Assembly (NCBI GenBank): GCA_001655205.1
Contig: LPNZ01009785.1
Coordinates: 1-32,167, forward strand
Source: Lenisia limosa
Taxonomy: Eukaryota > Protista > Breviatea
Direction of reading: 5' to 3'
Length of the DNA stretch: 32,167 bases
In this document: piece by piece, positions 29,808-32,167 of the stretch
Numbering within the stretch: position 1 is the first letter of the stretch
Layout of the letters: the number at the start of each line of letters is the position of its first letter
Notes under the pieces: model-generated
The model's database searches: none
Seen by the model: the letters and a program-made list of their open reading frames with translations, nothing else
What the model was told of the DNA's origin: nothing
Made by a program: the position numbers and the translations under genes

Positions 29808-31885
29808 TTAATTTGTAGTATAAATCCCCCGAAGCCGTACACCCAGGAGCACAACTTTAGTCTAATGATTTTTGAGCTATTGAGAAAATGTAAAGATAAT
29901 AGTGTATGATTTTATGATGGACTCCCAATTTGATTATGAAATGAAATAAATAAGAATAACATCATACTAAAACAAATACCTTTCCACCATTCGTTGTCAC
30001 CCACAAAACTAGCAATTCCAAAGGTCTTGTTTGACATTTCATGGTGGTTCTCCCTAAAGCGTGATGGGAAATATAAAACGAGTCTTTTAAAGGTGGTTCA
30101 GAAATTGAAATTATGGAGATTAGAATTTTGTCAGAGATTTGTCAAAATTGTGTCAAACCATCACTATCCCCTGATCATCTTTCTCCAATTTACCAGTTGA
30201 ACAATAAACGGCCCCATACTGTTGTGATTAAATTTGACACGAGTCCTGACGCTCCAGCGACAAACTGGCCTAATTGATAAAGCGCTGTAAAAAAAAAATC
30301 AGGTAGCGAGGAGGAAAACTCTTTCCACATTAAGTGATTAATAATTCATTATTCAGTGCTATACAATGATACATACATGAGGATAGGTAGTTAGTAGTGT
30401 ATCATACTGAGTAACCAAACAAAAAACCTACTGGTCAATGAAGTGCCATAGAGGCTAAACACCACCACAACAAGCTTTCCAACACTCTGAACGAGGGGGG
30501 GGGGTTAATACGCCAATAATCAGAAAGGCTTCGATCAGTAAGAATAATATAGGCTCATCGGCGCCTTGATAGGCTCATTAGATGTTTAAATTCAGCCCTA
30601 CTGTTGTTGGTGCGTCTCCCCAGCCTGTCCCTGTAAACGCCATGCTCGTAACAAATATCTGTTTTGAGTAAAAATTGAAGAAATGAGCACGTCATCGGAT
30701 GACGGTCAAGCATATTGACATTTTAAAAGTAATGTACTACAAGCTGATACATATTATATCATTACATCTACAAGCTTTTATCTTGTGATTTTTCCGAATC
30801 ATCACTTCTATTAATATGCTGGAAAATGTTTGAAATCAGACCGCATTGAGAGGAGGCAGTTCTTCAACAAAACCGTAAATTGAAGAACCCAGTATCAAAT
30901 TAACAAGCAACATAACCTAAAGAATCACATCTTTGAAGTCATAAGTACGAAAAAGGCCGATAAAATTTCAATATTTTCAGGGATTTATCATGTATTTGTA
31001 CCCAAGTGTAGAGACTCACCAGTAGTCGAAGTAGCTCCGGTGCATCAGAGAAGCGAGATTGCCACCATTTGGCTCTCCACTGCCCTATCACGACGCTAAA
31101 AACACTGCCAAAGTGAGGTGATAAAAGTAATTCACAGGAAATATTACGTTGGAAAGATTCAGGATAAACAGTGTTCTTCCTCTTACCTAACAATGCCACA
31201 CCCAAAGAAAGTGAAAATGATGAGAAATATCTGGGAAGTGGGACTGCACACCAATTGCCCCATCCCTACAGTATTAGTCTGATCATGGGGCTAATGGAAC
31301 ATCCACCAGAGGGATAACACCGACTCAAGAAAAAGGAAGCTCTATTCTTAGGGATGTGTGTATGTACATATGTACATAAATAAGCGTGAGGGAGGTTCAC
31401 TCTCTGCCTTTCGTCAAGTTTTCTCTCAGCTGTCTTGAAGAGAGGAAATTGAAAGATGTGCAATAAATGCGTATATCCCCACCATGTCATATCATACAGA
31501 CATCATATGTAGAGATGAGTAAAAAAAGGGTCTCTGGCCGAAGCAACTTCATACCTACTCGAGCCGCACTTAAGGTTGCCACATAAATGGAATCAGTCCA
31601 AGTCCATCCTTCAAGAAACTTCAGAACAACTGCGCCAAAAAAACACCTAAACTGTCATTACCTCATTGAGTTATAGCCTCCATAGTGGCGATTAGTATTT
31701 GTTGAATGAATAAAGAGTACATCATATCATATGTCGAAAGTTGGGAGTGTAATATATAAAAATATACAACCTTGTAGCTCTGAATATTCGCTGTTGAATT
31801 CCCTCGAACCATAAACTAATGATCCCGACAAGGAGCCATCTTGGGTGTTTCTCTGCCCATAAAGGCACTAGGAGAACCATTATAC
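29808..31885 (-). CDS. Two-pore-domain (4TM/2P, K2P/TPK-like) cation channel, 5'-partial; exons include 31885-31810, 31646-31555, 31265-31187, 31095-31020, 30916-30842, 30658-30602
   Basis: Phase-consistent chain: WLLVGIISLW|CFFGAVVLKFLEGWTWTDSIYVATLSAARV|GMGQLVCSPTSQIFLIIFTFFGCGIVS|VVIGQ...LLRLL|VMLLVNLILGSSIYGFVEELPPLNA|IFVTSMAFTGTGWGDAPTT. This gives TM-P-TM-TM-P order with the EGW..DSIY signature. The 3' exons are uncertain. Confidence 0.8.
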
Positions 31886-32167
31886 CTGATTCATCACAAA
31901 AGTAATACAGGTTTACGTAGAGTCGAAACGCAATACGAGTCTGTTGCGGAATGTGGCATAAAAGAAGTTTGAACTACTCAAAAACACCCACCTTTTCAGT
32001 GATTGTTGTGTCCCTGGATTCCAGTCATTGTTTCTTTTTAATTGAAGCGGAGTTTACACAAATAACCGACAATATCTGAAAGTATCGTGGTGATATGAAA
32101 ACACAGGGGATAAGGGGACTAGTCACACCTCCAGAGCTAGGGGGGGGGTCACTTCCAGTTTATCTAC

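Overview
This is eukaryotic nuclear DNA, not prokaryotic. It is gene-dense and intron-rich, with short GT-AG introns, micro-exons, AT-rich introns and 10 N-gaps, so the ORF track mostly shows exon fragments and antisense shadow frames. I assembled spliced gene models by hand using splice phase. From left to right: an unknown + gene interleaved with alpha-tubulin N-acetyltransferase ATAT1/MEC-17 (-); a saposin-like (amoebapore-type) secreted peptide (+); a long TPR-like gene (-); a secreted sushi/CCP-like protein (+); a small uncertain gene (-); NSE1 of the SMC5/6 complex (+); a 4-CBS-domain SDS23/AMPK-gamma-like protein (-); an XRRA1-like LRR protein (+); a PIH1D3/DNAAF6-like protein (-); a PLAC8-family protein (+); and a two-pore-domain K+ channel-like gene (-). 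The gene set suggests a flagellated protist, but that is inference only. The most striking features are the reciprocal interleaving of ATAT1 with an antisense gene through back-to-back splice acceptors, a K2P/TPK-like channel in which both selectivity filters are non-canonical (RVGMG, GTGWG), two intronic fold-back elements, a triplicated splice donor in ATAT1, and strictly alternating gene orientation. All models come from manual reading; no database search was run. I found no rRNA, convincing tRNA or CRISPR array.
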